Positions 11,301-25,694 are shown, counted from the first letter of the stretch. The stretch: 64,000 bases of DNA from an uncultured Bacteroidales bacterium (GCA_963800585.1 CAWDBP010000008.1:146104-210103); one strand, 5' to 3'. Translations and numbers: made by a program. The notes: generated by a model not told the origin, from the sequence alone.

Positions 11301-11616
11301 GTTGATATACAAATTTGAGTCGTTTGAACTCTTCAAGTCCATGGTTCAGAGAACAAACAAAGAGATCATCTCTTTCCTGATCAAGGCCGACGTTCCAATC
11401 CAGGCAGAAAATGTACATGAAGCACAACGGCCAAGAAAAATGGACCGTAGCCGCTTAAAGGAAGAAAGATCAGATTTGCTCTCACAAGCTAATTCGAACA
11501 CACAGGAAAAACAAAAACCTCAGCCTGTGCATGTTGAAAAAAAGGTGGGGCGCAACGATCCCTGTCCTTGTGGGAGCGGGAAGAAATATAAGAATTGCCA
11601 TGGCGCAGGACAGTAA
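8332..11616 (+). CDS. secA: Preprotein translocase subunit SecA
   Basis: [41 protein letters not shown] motif [14 protein letters not shown]. Confidence 0.99.
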   Translation: MDFFKQFLGNKSQRDIKEIMPYIHSALGFYEEIKNLSNDELRAKTIEFKQKIADHISAKEKEIEDLKIQLNSDEIEIDEKEKLYSQLDKLEKESYELTQEILNEILPEAFAVMKDTARRFVENEYVEVTATQMDRDFAAVKANVVIEGDKARYKTSWIAGGNMIRWDMIHYDVQLIGAVVLHQGKIAEMATGEGKTLVATLPVYLNALPGKGVHIVTVNDYLAKRDSEWMGVLYEFHGLKVDCIDKHEPNSDARRNAYNADITFGTNNEFGFDYLRDNMTSNPEEMVQRVHNYTIVDEVDSVLIDDARTPLIISGPTPQGENQAFEELKPNVVKLYNAQRNLVTKFLADAKSLSEDENNNENMKKAGEQVLRAFHGLPKTKALIKFLSEPGMKALLLKTENFFMQEQSKNMHIIDDELYFVIDEKNNTIELTDKGIDLLTESYDDPTFYILPDIGNELAELEHSNLLESEKLEKKNQMMIDYSIKSERVHTVNQLLKAYALFEKDVEYVIMDNKIKIVDEQTGRILEGRRYSEGLHQALEAKESVKVEAATQTYATITLQNYFRMYKKLSGMTGTAETEAGEFWDIYKLDVVVIPTNRKVIRDDRQDLVYKTKREKFNAVIKEIEHLISIGRPSLVGTTSVETSELLSRMLKRQNIKHNVLNAKLHQKEADIVLEAGIAGTVTIATNMAGRGTDIKLGKGVVEAGGLAIIGTERHESRRVDRQLRGRAGRQGDPGSSQFFVCLEDDLMRMFGSDRIAKIMDRMGIKEGEVIQHSMITKSIERAQRKVEENNFGIRKRLLEYDDVMNIQRDAIYKKRHHALFGERLAVDISNMIYDVCETTVIDYQETNDVEGFKLELLREFATDSPFGEDDFQSKSTSDLADKLYEHVYKRYKEKNDSIAKKTFPVIKQVFENETQYENIAIPVTDGIKTLQVITNIRKALEDKGKEVPLSIEKGIVLGMIDNAWKEHLREMDDLKQSVQNAAYEQKDPLLIYKFESFELFKSMVQRTNKEIISFLIKADVPIQAENVHEAQRPRKMDRSRLKEERSDLLSQANSNTQEKQKPQPVHVEKKVGRNDPCPCGSGKKYKNCHGAGQ

Positions 11617-11691
11617 ATAATGAAGTATTGAAAATTAAAAAATGTCTCAATAACAAAAATCCACTATGTATTTAAACAAATTCTAATCCTT

Positions 11692-12396
11692 ATGAAACTC
11701 AAACGGATCCTTTTGAAATTAAGCGGAGAGGCGCTTCAGGGCCAACAGCAATATGGTATCGACCCGGAAAGACTTATGGATTATGCAAAAGAGATAAAAG
11801 CTGTTGCCGATGAAAAGATCCAGGTGGCCATCGTAATCGGAGGAGGTAACATCTTCAGGGGGCTTCAGGGAACAAATGGAGGTGTTGACAGGGTTCATGG
11901 CGATTATATGGGTATGCTGGCCACCATCATTAACAGCATGGCGTTACAGGATGCTTTTGCACGTCTTGCAATACCTTCGAAGATACTATCCGGAATTGCT
12001 ATCGACCCGGTTTGTGACCTTATGAGCAGTTCCAGGGCGATCGAATATTTAACTAAAGGATATATTGTTATCATAGCTGGAGGTACGGGCAATCCATATT
12101 TTACGACAGACACAGCCTCCGCTCTGCGTGCCCTCGAGATTAAAGCTGATGCCATTCTGAAAGGAACCCGTGTAGATGGTGTTTACTCTGCTGATCCCGA
12201 AAAGTCCCCTCAAGCAGTAAAATACGACTCCATTTCATTTGATGAGGCATATGAGAAAGGGCTTAAAGTGATGGATTTGACGGCATTCACGCTTTGTCGC
12301 GAAAACCATTTACCAATTTTTGTCTTTAATATGAATGTAAAAGGAAACCTTTTAAAAATTATCAGGGGAGAGAAAATCGGGACGATGGTAAAATGA
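11692..12396 (+). CDS. pyrH: UMP kinase
   Basis: LLKLSGEAL, GGGNIFRG, DYMGMLAT, GNPYFTTD. Confidence 0.98.
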   Translation: MKLKRILLKLSGEALQGQQQYGIDPERLMDYAKEIKAVADEKIQVAIVIGGGNIFRGLQGTNGGVDRVHGDYMGMLATIINSMALQDAFARLAIPSKILSGIAIDPVCDLMSSSRAIEYLTKGYIVIIAGGTGNPYFTTDTASALRALEIKADAILKGTRVDGVYSADPEKSPQAVKYDSISFDEAYEKGLKVMDLTAFTLCRENHLPIFVFNMNVKGNLLKIIRGEKIGTMVK

Positions 12397-12427
12397 AGAA
12401 TGAAGGAATCTTAAAAATCATGATATT

Positions 12428-12991
12428 ATGCATGAAGAGATAGAATTTGCTCTCGAAGAAGCAAAGGAAGGAATGCATCATGCCCTCCTTCACCTGGAAA
12501 AAGAACTACAGAAAGTGCGTGCTGGAAAAGCAAGTCCTCAGATGTTGGATGGAGTTAGGATTGATTATTACGGTGCGATGACGCCCATTGATCAAACTGC
12601 AAACATCAGCACTCCTGATGCCCGGCAGATTATTGTTCAGCCCTGGGATAAAAGTGTTCTGGGATTGATTGAAAAGGCTATTCTTGCTGCAAACCTTGGG
12701 TTTAACCCCAAACATGAAGGCGATATCCTTCGCATAGTTGTTCCGGCTCTGACCGAAGAGCGACGCAGGGACCTGGTCAGAAAAGCGAAGGCTGAAGCTG
12801 AAAACGCAAAAATCAGCATCCGTAATATCCGTCGCATTGCCAATGAGGCTGCCAAGAAATTTAAAAAAGACGGAGTTCCTGAAGATGAGGTGGATAAACT
12901 GGAAGAAGCTATTCAGAAATTAACCGATGAACATATTCTTAAAGTTGATAAGATTCTGGAGGGAAAAGAAAAGGATATTTTGACGGTTTAA
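12428..12991 (+). CDS. frr: Ribosome recycling factor
   Basis: RAGKASP, DYYG, QPWD, P.LTEERRRDL. Confidence 0.98.
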   Translation: MHEEIEFALEEAKEGMHHALLHLEKELQKVRAGKASPQMLDGVRIDYYGAMTPIDQTANISTPDARQIIVQPWDKSVLGLIEKAILAANLGFNPKHEGDILRIVVPALTEERRRDLVRKAKAEAENAKISIRNIRRIANEAAKKFKKDGVPEDEVDKLEEAIQKLTDEHILKVDKILEGKEKDILTV

Positions 12992-13025
12992 TTAATAATT
13001 GACAATTGATAATTGATAATTGCTA
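12991..13025. repeat. 7-bp tandem repeat (AATTGAY-like) after frr
   Basis: attaat aattgac aattgat aattgat aattgct. Confidence 0.7.
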
Positions 13026-13096
13026 CTAAGGCTAAACCGGAAATATAATATTAATATTTTCCATCTCCGGCGACCAGTATCCCACGCACCCGGTAT

Positions 13097-15445
13097 CTAG
13101 AAAACAGCAATTTCATCTGCAAACAGCCAGCAGGGTTGTCCTTTACCTTCATGCCAGGGAGGACATACACCAGTGTTTTTTGCGCGGATACGAACGTAAC
13201 GGGCTGGTGTTGAAGGGAAGGTCTGAGAAAATTGCTTGATGACACTTTCTTCGGTCTTTTTAGATACAGTATTCAATTGTTCATTGATGGAATGAAATCT
13301 CTTTCCGTTGGAAGATAGCGAGAATGTTACTGAATCAGGGAAGAAGATCCAATTTTTAGTACTTTGGAGAAAAGTGACAAATGCGGTTTTTACGGGTTGA
13401 ATATTGCCAAGGTCAATAATCACATCAAGGTTATTACCCAGGAATCCCTGCCAGTTTCCCTGCTGATAATCGACGGTTCCACGCAATCCGTCTATTAATG
13501 CTTCATTCCCGCCACCAGTATAGCGATAACTATAAGGTTCGAGGTACCGGATTTTTTTTCCGAGGGCCTGATGGTTGATAAATGTCCTTTCTGTAAGCTG
13601 CATTACCTTCCCATCACGAAGTAATCCGGCTTTGATATAAGCATTCTTTTTGATCTCAAAAGGTCCGTTATAAACAGGAGTTGCAGGAGTAGGATCATTA
13701 CCATTGAGGGTGTAAACAATCGGCGTTCCTGGTTGTTCTGATTCAATCCAGCATTTCATCGACTGGCTCTTTTTGTCAAAGTGGGTACGAATTTCAACTT
13801 TATCGGAACCTTTGCAATAATTAACATGCAGAAGATCCAATCTGCGGAATTCGGGTTCCAGGCGTGCGCGGAAGTCATTCCAGTTCTTGAGGTTTCCTGG
13901 AGTCCAGTTTACTTCGGCGAGTGCGATCATACGCGGTACAACCATGTATTCAGCGTGCTCAGGAGTCGGGACATATTCAGTCCACAGATTTCCCTGGGCC
14001 CCAAGAATATATTTTGATTGCTCTTTTGTCAACTCACGTGGAACAGGTTCATAGGAATATACTTTCTTCAAAGTTAGGAACCCGCCGATAGCTTTGGGCT
14101 CTGTTTTAGGATCACCCTGGTAATGATCAAAGTAACAGAAAGAACCAGGTGTCATTATCACATCATGATTCTGCCGGGCAGCAGCGATGCCACCTTCGAG
14201 TCCACGCCATGACATTACGGTCGCTTCAGGTGCCAGTCCTCCTTCCAGGATTTCGTCCCAACCAATTAACTTGCGACCCTTCGAGGAGACAAATTTTTCG
14301 ATACGTTTGATGAAATAACTTTGAAGTTCTTTCTCATCTTTCAGACCCTCAGTCTTGATCCGTGCCAGGCATTTGGGGCATTCCTTCCAACATGATTTGT
14401 CTGCCTCATCACCGCCGATATGAATGTATTTGGAGGGGAAAATATCCATGACTTCCGTGAGCACATCTTCCAGGAAAGTAAAGGTGGAATCATTGCCGGC
14501 ACAAAGGATGTCGGAATTTGGCCAGTAAGTTCCGGGTGGTACTGTGAATGGTCCACCCGTACAGGAAAACTGTGGATAAGCGGCAAGCACTTCCACCGAA
14601 TGTGCCGGCATTTCTATCTCAGGGATGATCGTCACATATCTTTTCTTTGCATATTCAACCACTTCCCTGATCTCATCCTGTGTATAGTATCCTCCATAAT
14701 TTGCTTTCTCCCCGGCTTTCTGTGGCGGGCGCTCCATCCAGGGCAGGTTTTCACGGTCAACATGCCATGCAGCAGTCTGCATTAGTTTTGGGTACTTTTT
14801 TATTTCTATTCTCCACCCATTATCATCTGTAAGATGCCAGTGGAAAGTGTTCATCTTAAAAGAGGCAATGAGATCGATATATTCCAGAATGAATTCCTTC
14901 GGAAAGAAATGCCTTGAAACATCAAGGTGCATTCCACGGTACGGAAAACGCGGATGATCCTGGATTGTGATACACGGAACACTCCATGTATTACCAGGCT
15001 GTAATGCTTTTGAAGCGAAGATTTCAGGTGGAAGCAGCTGAAGTAGCGTTTGCATACCATAAAATAACCCAGAGCCACTTCCTCCTTCAATGATGATGCT
15101 GTTTTTAGTAACGGTTAACACATAACCTTCGGTAGGGATGTGAGCGTCTTTTTTTATACTAAAAACAATTCCTGGAATATTCCTGTAATTTTTGCTAACG
15201 CCAAGTGCTGTTAAAACAGGGCCTCCTGCCATTTCAAGGTGACCTGCGAACATCCTGGCAGTATTCATGGCTTCTTCATCACCTGCGTTAAAGAGCAAAG
15301 CAGTACGGTCATTTATAAGGAAATTCCCGGTTCCCATTTTCATCTTTACAGGCTTCGGGATAACGGAAATGGCCTGACTTCCTGCCATCCCAGACGAGAA
15401 AAAGGATAAAATCAGAAGGGTGGAAATTGCGATTTTTTTCAACAT
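13097..15445 (-). CDS. GH20 beta-N-acetylhexosaminidase with C-terminal Fn3-associated and F5/8-like domains
   Basis: YRGMHLDVSRHF, FHWHLTDD.GWR, PEIEMPAH, catalytic HIGGDE; signal peptide; TAAGTTTG box at 15468-15475 (-). Confidence 0.95.
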   Translation of the reverse strand: MLKKIAISTLLILSFFSSGMAGSQAISVIPKPVKMKMGTGNFLINDRTALLFNAGDEEAMNTARMFAGHLEMAGGPVLTALGVSKNYRNIPGIVFSIKKDAHIPTEGYVLTVTKNSIIIEGGSGSGLFYGMQTLLQLLPPEIFASKALQPGNTWSVPCITIQDHPRFPYRGMHLDVSRHFFPKEFILEYIDLIASFKMNTFHWHLTDDNGWRIEIKKYPKLMQTAAWHVDRENLPWMERPPQKAGEKANYGGYYTQDEIREVVEYAKKRYVTIIPEIEMPAHSVEVLAAYPQFSCTGGPFTVPPGTYWPNSDILCAGNDSTFTFLEDVLTEVMDIFPSKYIHIGGDEADKSCWKECPKCLARIKTEGLKDEKELQSYFIKRIEKFVSSKGRKLIGWDEILEGGLAPEATVMSWRGLEGGIAAARQNHDVIMTPGSFCYFDHYQGDPKTEPKAIGGFLTLKKVYSYEPVPRELTKEQSKYILGAQGNLWTEYVPTPEHAEYMVVPRMIALAEVNWTPGNLKNWNDFRARLEPEFRRLDLLHVNYCKGSDKVEIRTHFDKKSQSMKCWIESEQPGTPIVYTLNGNDPTPATPVYNGPFEIKKNAYIKAGLLRDGKVMQLTERTFINHQALGKKIRYLEPYSYRYTGGGNEALIDGLRGTVDYQQGNWQGFLGNNLDVIIDLGNIQPVKTAFVTFLQSTKNWIFFPDSVTFSLSSNGKRFHSINEQLNTVSKKTEESVIKQFSQTFPSTPARYVRIRAKNTGVCPPWHEGKGQPCWLFADEIAVF

Positions 15446-15517
15446 AAAGATGATTATTTTTAGTGATCAAACTTACGGTTTTTTTCTGTTATGGAGAGAA
15501 GAAAAGTTTGTGAAATA

Positions 15518-15577
15518 TCAACAGCCTGACACTGTCCTTTCAACTATATCTTTAATCTGTTCAAACTTCTTTTCCAT
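15518..15577 (-). other. 19-aa small ORF (MEKKFEQIKDIVERTVSGC) directly downstream of the GH2 gene; possible gene remnant
   Basis: ATG 7 nt after the GH2 stop; amphipathic helical sequence. Confidence 0.3.
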
Positions 15578-15584
15578 GGATATT

Positions 15585-19561
<3,977 letters not shown>

Positions 19562-19666
19562 AAGGATTAAAAATTACGATTTACGAATTTCCGAAATATT
19601 TCAATACCGATTGTGTGCTAATCATTATAATTCTAAATTTGCTGTAAATAAATAAAACCGATTATT

Positions 19667-20200
19667 ATGCCAGAAGAAATAGAAGTTCCGACCGAGCATC
19701 TCCACGAGGAGCTTGAACATGCAGCTCATCACAGCCAGGAGAGGTGGATTATGATGGTGGCACTCACAGCGGCATTGCTGTCAGTGCTTGCGGCTATCAC
19801 AGCCTTGTTTGCAAGTCATTGTGCCAATGAAGCCATGATTGAACAGATCCAGGCTTCTGATCAATGGGCATTTTACCAGGCAAAGGGAATTAAATCTGCA
19901 GTTCTGGAAAGCAAGATGGAATTGCTGATTCAGATGGGAAAGGAAGCCGATCCAAAGGATGTCAAGAATGCTGAACGGTACAAAGGTGAACAAAAGGATA
20001 TTAAAAAAGACGCAACAGAAAAACAGGAAGGATCGGCAAGGTATCTTGTGCAGCACAATGCACTCGCCAAAGGTGTCACCTTGTTTCAAATAGCAATAGC
20101 AATTTGTGCAATCTCTGCACTTACCCGCAAGAAATGGTTGTGGTATGGCAGCATTTTACTGGGTATTTCGGGTGTCATTATCGTTTGGGTCCTGATATGA
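19667..20200 (+). CDS. DUF4337-like membrane protein
   Basis: His/Glu-rich N-terminus, TM segment, ASDQWAFYQAKGIK, two C-terminal TMs; TAAATTTG box at 19634-19641. Confidence 0.8.
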   Translation: MPEEIEVPTEHLHEELEHAAHHSQERWIMMVALTAALLSVLAAITALFASHCANEAMIEQIQASDQWAFYQAKGIKSAVLESKMELLIQMGKEADPKDVKNAERYKGEQKDIKKDATEKQEGSARYLVQHNALAKGVTLFQIAIAICAISALTRKKWLWYGSILLGISGVIIVWVLI

Positions 20201-20439
20201 CAAGTGTTTAGTGATACATAAAACAATGTCCTGACCTGGATATCAGGATACTTACATTTGCCTACGATACAGGGGAACGTTATCTTTCTGTCGAAGGTCT
20301 GTTTTAGTCAAAGGGTACATTCATTTTCCTAATTGAGACTTCAATTATTGGTTTGTCCATTGCATCTATTTTTTGTATTTTCGCAAAATACAAATCTATG
20401 CAGATTTCCTCTTTAAACAGGAAAATGTTTTTTAATTAA

Positions 20440-21720
20440 ATGACTGAACAGATTCTTATTCTTATTTTTCTTATTCTTTTGAACGGGCTCTTTGCTATGT
20501 CTGAGATTGCTATTGTTTCTTCACGGAAATCAAGACTGGAAGAGTTGATGCGAAAAGGAAACAAAAAAGCGAAACTCGTTTTACACATCTCGGAATCACC
20601 CAATCGCTTTCTTTCTACCATCCAGGTGGGAATCACGCTTATTGCCATCCTGATAGGGGTTTTTGGAGGTACTGGACTAGCACATGAACTCGATACAAAA
20701 CTCTTTACACTTGGAATATCAGAGCCTCTCAGCAATAACATTTCATTGATCATTGTTATCTTTCTGATCACTTTCTGTTCAATCATTGCTGGCGAACTGG
20801 TTCCAAAGCGGATTGGGATGACTAACCCTGAATCCATTGCCATGGCCATTGCAAAACCCATGTTTGTTCTATCGAAAATAATGTTGCCTTTTGTTTGGTT
20901 GCTAAGCAATACTACCGAAGTTATCGTAAACCTTTTCGACCTGCATAAAAAGTCTGATTCGCAGGTTACAGAAGAAGAAATAAAAGCTCTGCTGGAAGAA
21001 GGTACTGAAGTTGGCGAGATACAGGAAATAGAGCAGGATATTGTTGAACGTGTATTTCACCTGGGCGATCAGCGAATCGGTGCACTGATGACAAATCGCA
21101 ACGATATCGTCTGGCTGAATACTGAAGACGACAACGATACGAATGTGAAGATCATTACCGATAATACGCATTCCGTATACCCGCTTTGTGAGAAAGAACT
21201 CGATCATGTCCTCGGGATCATTTATGCCAAGGACCTCCTTATCGCAATGCTAAAGGAGCCTGACCTTGATCTTAGGAGATATATTAAAAAAGTTAACATC
21301 GTCCCGAGTGATAAAAAGACATACCAGGTACTTGAAAAGTTCAAAGAAACGAGGATCCATTGCGGACTTGTCGTGGATGAGTTCGGATCAATTGAAGGGA
21401 TTGTGACCATCACCGATATATTGGACGGACTCGTTGGCGATATTACCGACATGGATGAACCCGAAGTTATCAAACGACCGGATGGCAGCTGGATGATTGA
21501 TGGGAAACTTGCCTTTTTCGAATTTATTCATGAATTCGAGATCGAAGATTACGATTTTACGGGTGCCCAGTTTCATTCCATTGCAGGATTTGCAATCCAT
21601 CAACTGAAAGAGATCCCGAAAACAGGGGATTCTTTTGATTGGGGTGGATATCACTTTGCCATTGTGAAAATGGATGGCAACCGGATCGATAAAATTCTTC
21701 TGACAAAGGTCGGATCCTAA
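20440..21720 (+). CDS. HlyC/CorC (CNNM/DUF21-CBS-CorC) family transporter
   Basis: NGLFAMSEIAIVS, FLSTIQVGIT, GELVPK, CBS pair with VVDEFG. Confidence 0.93.
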   Translation: MTEQILILIFLILLNGLFAMSEIAIVSSRKSRLEELMRKGNKKAKLVLHISESPNRFLSTIQVGITLIAILIGVFGGTGLAHELDTKLFTLGISEPLSNNISLIIVIFLITFCSIIAGELVPKRIGMTNPESIAMAIAKPMFVLSKIMLPFVWLLSNTTEVIVNLFDLHKKSDSQVTEEEIKALLEEGTEVGEIQEIEQDIVERVFHLGDQRIGALMTNRNDIVWLNTEDDNDTNVKIITDNTHSVYPLCEKELDHVLGIIYAKDLLIAMLKEPDLDLRRYIKKVNIVPSDKKTYQVLEKFKETRIHCGLVVDEFGSIEGIVTITDILDGLVGDITDMDEPEVIKRPDGSWMIDGKLAFFEFIHEFEIEDYDFTGAQFHSIAGFAIHQLKEIPKTGDSFDWGGYHFAIVKMDGNRIDKILLTKVGS

Positions 21721-21726
21721 TCTCTT

Positions 21727-22902
21727 ATGAAACATTCCGTCCGACCTATTCAAAAACTTCTTATTGACCCTATCTTAGCTCTGGCATCCGAAGGTAAACT
21801 ATCCGGTTTATTGCTGATCACGGCCACAATAATTTCCATGTTTATCAGTAATCTGTCATTTTCAGGAACTTATCTTGTTTTTTGGAATTCCATGGTGGGT
21901 TTTTCTTTTCTTCATATGACCATTATCGAATGGGTAAATGATGGCTTGATGCCTGTTTTTTTTCTCCTTGTGGGCCTTGAAATAAAACGGGAATTATTAA
22001 AAGGGGAGCTATCTCAGCTTAAACAAGCAATTTTGCCGGTGATTGCAGCAGTAGGAGGAATGGTATTTCCTGCAATAATCTTCTTCCTGTTCAATATGAA
22101 TAATCCTGGTACTATTCATGGGTGGGCAATCCCGACAGCTACCGATATCGCTTTTTCGTTAGGGGTATTATCACTTCTCGGGAAAAAGATCCCTTTCACT
22201 CTGATTGTTTTTCTAATGGCGCTTGCAATAATTGATGACCTCGGCGCCATTCTTATCATTGTTGTCTTTTATTCAAGAGAGCTTCATTCAGTCATGCTGA
22301 TTAGTGCCCTTGGAATAACGGCTTCGCTTATCCTTCTGAATAAATTGAATGTAAGATATATTGCGGCTTACCTGGTTCCTGGAGTTTTCCTTTGGTATTT
22401 CGTTTTAAGATCAGGGATACATCCTACCATAGCAGGAGTTATCCTGGCGATGACCATTCCATTATTTCCCGGTGAACTGATCGAACAAAAACTGACAAGG
22501 ACTGTTTCCTATCTTATTCTCCCGGTTTTTGCCCTTGCCAATACTGCTATTCCGCTATCTTTAGGATTGGCCGGGAGCCTGTTTTCAAAGCTTTCCGCGG
22601 GTATTATTCTGGGTCTGTTAATTGGGAAGCCTTTAGGAATATTACTGTCTGCCTGGATACTGGTGAAGGGGAAAGTAAGTCCCATGCTGAAAGGGGTTAG
22701 CTGGAAAATGATGATTGGCCTCGGGCTGGTCGCAGGAATAGGGTTCACCATGTCGATCTTTATTACAACCCTTTCCTATGGGAATGCGGCTCAGGCTGAC
22801 ACCGCAAAGCTTGCGGTAATATCAGGTTCAATTATCTCAGCATTGGCCGGAATGGTTTTGCTTCAAATTGTTTTAGTAAAGCGGGAAAACAAAACCCTGT
22901 AA
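21727..22902 (+). CDS. nhaA: Na+/H+ antiporter NhaA
   Basis: WVNDGLM, GLEIKRE, GWAIPTATDIAF, LAIIDDLG, GIGFTMS. Confidence 0.95.
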   Translation: MKHSVRPIQKLLIDPILALASEGKLSGLLLITATIISMFISNLSFSGTYLVFWNSMVGFSFLHMTIIEWVNDGLMPVFFLLVGLEIKRELLKGELSQLKQAILPVIAAVGGMVFPAIIFFLFNMNNPGTIHGWAIPTATDIAFSLGVLSLLGKKIPFTLIVFLMALAIIDDLGAILIIVVFYSRELHSVMLISALGITASLILLNKLNVRYIAAYLVPGVFLWYFVLRSGIHPTIAGVILAMTIPLFPGELIEQKLTRTVSYLILPVFALANTAIPLSLGLAGSLFSKLSAGIILGLLIGKPLGILLSAWILVKGKVSPMLKGVSWKMMIGLGLVAGIGFTMSIFITTLSYGNAAQADTAKLAVISGSIISALAGMVLLQIVLVKRENKTL

Positions 22903-22919
22903 TGAAATCATGAAAAGCG

Positions 22920-22952
22920 AAGTTGCTGCTATGTTGCACAACAGCAACTTTT
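22920..22952. terminator. Probable bidirectional terminator between convergent genes
   Basis: AAGTTGCTG...CAGCAACTT inverted repeat. Confidence 0.65.
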
Positions 22953-22977
22953 AACTGATCCTGACTTTTAGTTCTAC

Positions 22978-23526
22978 TTATTTTTTATGATTGTCCTTCA
23001 TTTTCTGAAGATTCTCCATTCCATGGATGTTCATTGATTTGGAGAGTTTTGAGATTGTGGACAAATCGATTAATCCGGTCATATCCAGGACTACTATTTC
23101 ATCTTTTCCTTTTACAAGCATTACCATCTCCTCGATTTTACCTTTTGTGTCAGCTTTGGTAAGGAACCGAATGTTGCTACCTTCATCGTTAACAGTCATT
23201 AATTCCTTGTATTCGGGGTTATTAAAAATTGCGGAAGCTTCATTAAAGAAAGCAGCGGCTTTACCCGGTTTCAGTGAATCGGGTTTACAACTTAACACTT
23301 TCAGCCCGTTGAGCTGATCCATCATTTTTTTCATATCCCGCATACCGGTGTCTTTTTGATCGCCAATATTGGCAAACATCTGGAAGAGCTCCTTCGAAAT
23401 ATTTACGGAGGTATATCCCGTCTGCGTTGCATATTTCTCATAGAACTTGTCAAAAGGGCTCTGGGCGTTTGCCATGAATGAGATTGCCACGAATGCTATT
23501 ACAGTTGTTAATTTCAGGGTTTTCAT
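22978..23526 (-). CDS. DUF4252-like exported protein
   Basis: Signal peptide; F.KY....G.TSVNISK.LF, Y.ELM.V; typical context after an ECF/anti-sigma pair. Confidence 0.85.
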   Translation of the reverse strand: MKTLKLTTVIAFVAISFMANAQSPFDKFYEKYATQTGYTSVNISKELFQMFANIGDQKDTGMRDMKKMMDQLNGLKVLSCKPDSLKPGKAAAFFNEASAIFNNPEYKELMTVNDEGSNIRFLTKADTKGKIEEMVMLVKGKDEIVVLDMTGLIDLSTISKLSKSMNIHGMENLQKMKDNHKK

Positions 23527-23538
23527 TTTATTTTTGAT

Positions 23539-24120
23539 TTATGGGCGATATTGTTCGCCAGGGTTAATAATTATTTGTTGATATTGATAGAATTTCGAAA
23601 ATTTGTTCATCTGGTCTATTCCCTTTTGAAAGGATTGTAGCTTTTGTATTTCTTTCATTCCTTTCTGGAAATTTTCAAGTTTCTGTACCTGGTCAATACC
23701 TGTATTAAAGTTGGCAGATAACATGACCAGGGCATTTTTTGCCTGCTGATAAGCAATTTCATTGTTTACTGTGTTTTTCGCTGAGTGCTGGAAAAAATCG
23801 TTGCGGAAGGTAAAGATCATTCCAACAAGAATGAGTATAGTGGCGGCGATCCCGGTGAGGAATAAAAAATGTTTTCTTTTTGAGTACATCGGAATAACGG
23901 GTGATTCTTGGATTTGAGAAAGGAAATGGCTTTCAAATTCCGGATCGGGAACTTCTTCTTTTCCCGCTGTTGTAAAAAACCGGAAAAGATCGGCATGTCC
24001 TGAAAGATGAGGTGGTACTATCTCATGGGTGAAATAATCCCTGAGTTGCTGTTCTTCTTCAAGTGACGTGACTCCTTCATAGAACTTTTCAAGCAGCTCT
24101 TCAATTTCTTTCGAATTCAT
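23539..24120 (-). CDS. Putative single-TM anti-sigma factor
   Basis: IEELLEKFYEG.TSLEEE..LR.YF N-terminus, one TM; overlaps the ECF sigma gene. Confidence 0.75.
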   Translation of the reverse strand: MNSKEIEELLEKFYEGVTSLEEEQQLRDYFTHEIVPPHLSGHADLFRFFTTAGKEEVPDPEFESHFLSQIQESPVIPMYSKRKHFLFLTGIAATILILVGMIFTFRNDFFQHSAKNTVNNEIAYQQAKNALVMLSANFNTGIDQVQKLENFQKGMKEIQKLQSFQKGIDQMNKFSKFYQYQQIIINPGEQYRP

Positions 24121-24616
24121 ATAGCTTTTTGTTTATCATTATTTCCCTCACTTTTTTCCTTGCTCTTGACAGGTTGACGCGTATAGCATTTTCATTCATT
24201 CCCAGGATCTCTGCAATTTCTTCAAAATCATAACCTTCAATGTCCCGTAACTGCATGATCGTCCTCATCTGCTCCGGGAGCTGCCCGATGATCTCTTTAA
24301 TTTTATCTGCAAGCTCAATGAGTTCCGTTTTTATTTCTATACCTGGTTCCGGGACATCCGACTTAAGGTTTTCAAGCCTTTCTGTTGGATATTTCTTTGC
24401 CTTAAGTTTATCCAGGCAAAGATTTCTTGTTGTCACCACTGCCAGTGCTTCCACGCTATGGTATTCATCGAGTTTTTCCCTTCGGTTCCATAATTTAATA
24501 AATACTTCCTGCACTATATCCTGAGCCTCTTCCGGATCACCAAGTAACCGGCTCGCCAGCCTGAACAACTTGTTCTTCAGAGGGAAAACCTTTATTTTAT
24601 AATCGCGGAGATCCAT
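24101..24616 (-). CDS. ECF RNA polymerase sigma factor
   Basis: AQDIVQEVFIKLW (region 2), LRDIEGYDFEEIAEIL...VNLSRAR (region 4). Confidence 0.95.
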   Translation of the reverse strand: MDLRDYKIKVFPLKNKLFRLASRLLGDPEEAQDIVQEVFIKLWNRREKLDEYHSVEALAVVTTRNLCLDKLKAKKYPTERLENLKSDVPEPGIEIKTELIELADKIKEIIGQLPEQMRTIMQLRDIEGYDFEEIAEILGMNENAIRVNLSRARKKVREIMINKKLYEFERN

Positions 24617-24626
24617 AATCAGGTGT

Positions 24627-24660
24627 AAGACGATGTAACCCTTGTTATATTACAAATTTA
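24627..24660 (-). promoter_or_regulatory. Probable autoregulatory ECF promoter overlapping a primary-sigma -7 box
   Basis: Minus strand TGTAAT-16 bp-CGTCTT just upstream of the sigma ATG; TAAATTTG at 24653-24660. Confidence 0.55.
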
Positions 24661-24993
24661 GGGCAATTTTTTGGAGGATAGAGGATTGAGATTTATGGCT
24701 GGGAAAATAAATTTGCGATTTATGTATTACCTTCCAGGCTCAACCCTGATAAAGAAGAAATAATAAAAAGTTTTAGAAATCAGGAGATCCTGAACTTATA
24801 ATCAACTGAATTTATCAATTTATAAATAATGCCTTAAGAAAATAAATTTATTCATTATCTTTGATCCGGAGGCCAGACATGACAAGCCTTTTACGTCTTT
24901 TTAGTAAATTTTAACTAAGAAGAATTATACTTGCCGGATTATTTATTAGTTTATAATTAAAACAAAGAATTTTGTCAATAAACAATTCATTAT

Positions 24994-25446
24994 ATGAACT
25001 TTATATGTGGTGTTGATATTGAAGTCCCTATTGATAAGGTAGTAGCATTGTTTAACGATCCGAACAATTTCAAGGAGTGGCAAGATGGTTTTATCAGCTA
25101 TGAGACAATTAGTGGTACTCCACGGACTATTGGCTCAAAATCCAAAATCAACTTTGATAACGGAAAACATAAAATTGAGCTTTTAGAAACCATAAAGGTC
25201 ATGAACCTGCCTGCGGAGATGACAGCACTCTATGAACATAAGCATATGGTAAACACCATGATAAACAGGTTCACAGAGCTACCGGGACAGAAAACAAGAT
25301 TTACTACTGATATGGGTTACTACAAATTCATTGGGTTAATGCCAAAATTAATGGCATTGATTATGCCTGGCATGTTTAAAAAACAAAATCAGAAATGGCT
25401 TGACCAATTCAAAAAATTTGCGGAGAAAGAATATCAAAAATACTAA
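24994..25446 (+). CDS. SRPBCC/START-family protein
   Basis: I..P.DKV..LF.DP.N.KEWQ.G, C-terminal helix WL..FK.FAE. Confidence 0.8.
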   Translation: MNFICGVDIEVPIDKVVALFNDPNNFKEWQDGFISYETISGTPRTIGSKSKINFDNGKHKIELLETIKVMNLPAEMTALYEHKHMVNTMINRFTELPGQKTRFTTDMGYYKFIGLMPKLMALIMPGMFKKQNQKWLDQFKKFAEKEYQKY

Positions 25447-25525
25447 CAGCCAGAGTTATTCTCTAGTCTGATCACATTCTTCTCATTTTGATTTGAATAA
25501 CTTTTTTTGAAGTTAAAAGGACAAA

Positions 25526-25694
25526 ATGTATCTATTCTTTGACACTGAAACTACCGGGCTGCCGATAAACTGGAAAGCACCTGTAACAGATTTAAGAAAC
25601 TGGCCCAGGCGTCGAAGAAGCACATAATGCGGCGGTCGATATCGATGCGACTGCAAAATGTTTCTGGGAATTAAAAAGAAGGCAAATCCTCTAA
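25526..25694 (+). pseudogene. DEDDh (DnaQ-like) 3'-5' exonuclease with its middle deleted
   Basis: MYLFFDTETTGLPINWKAPVTDLRNWPR (ExoI) joined out of frame to EEAHNAAVDIDATAKCFWELKRRQIL* (ExoIII). Confidence 0.85.

Noticed and set aside
13051-13096. Short coding-like stretch (RYRVRGILVAGDGKY*) after the GH20 stop
   Set aside because: Too short to assign; may be chance
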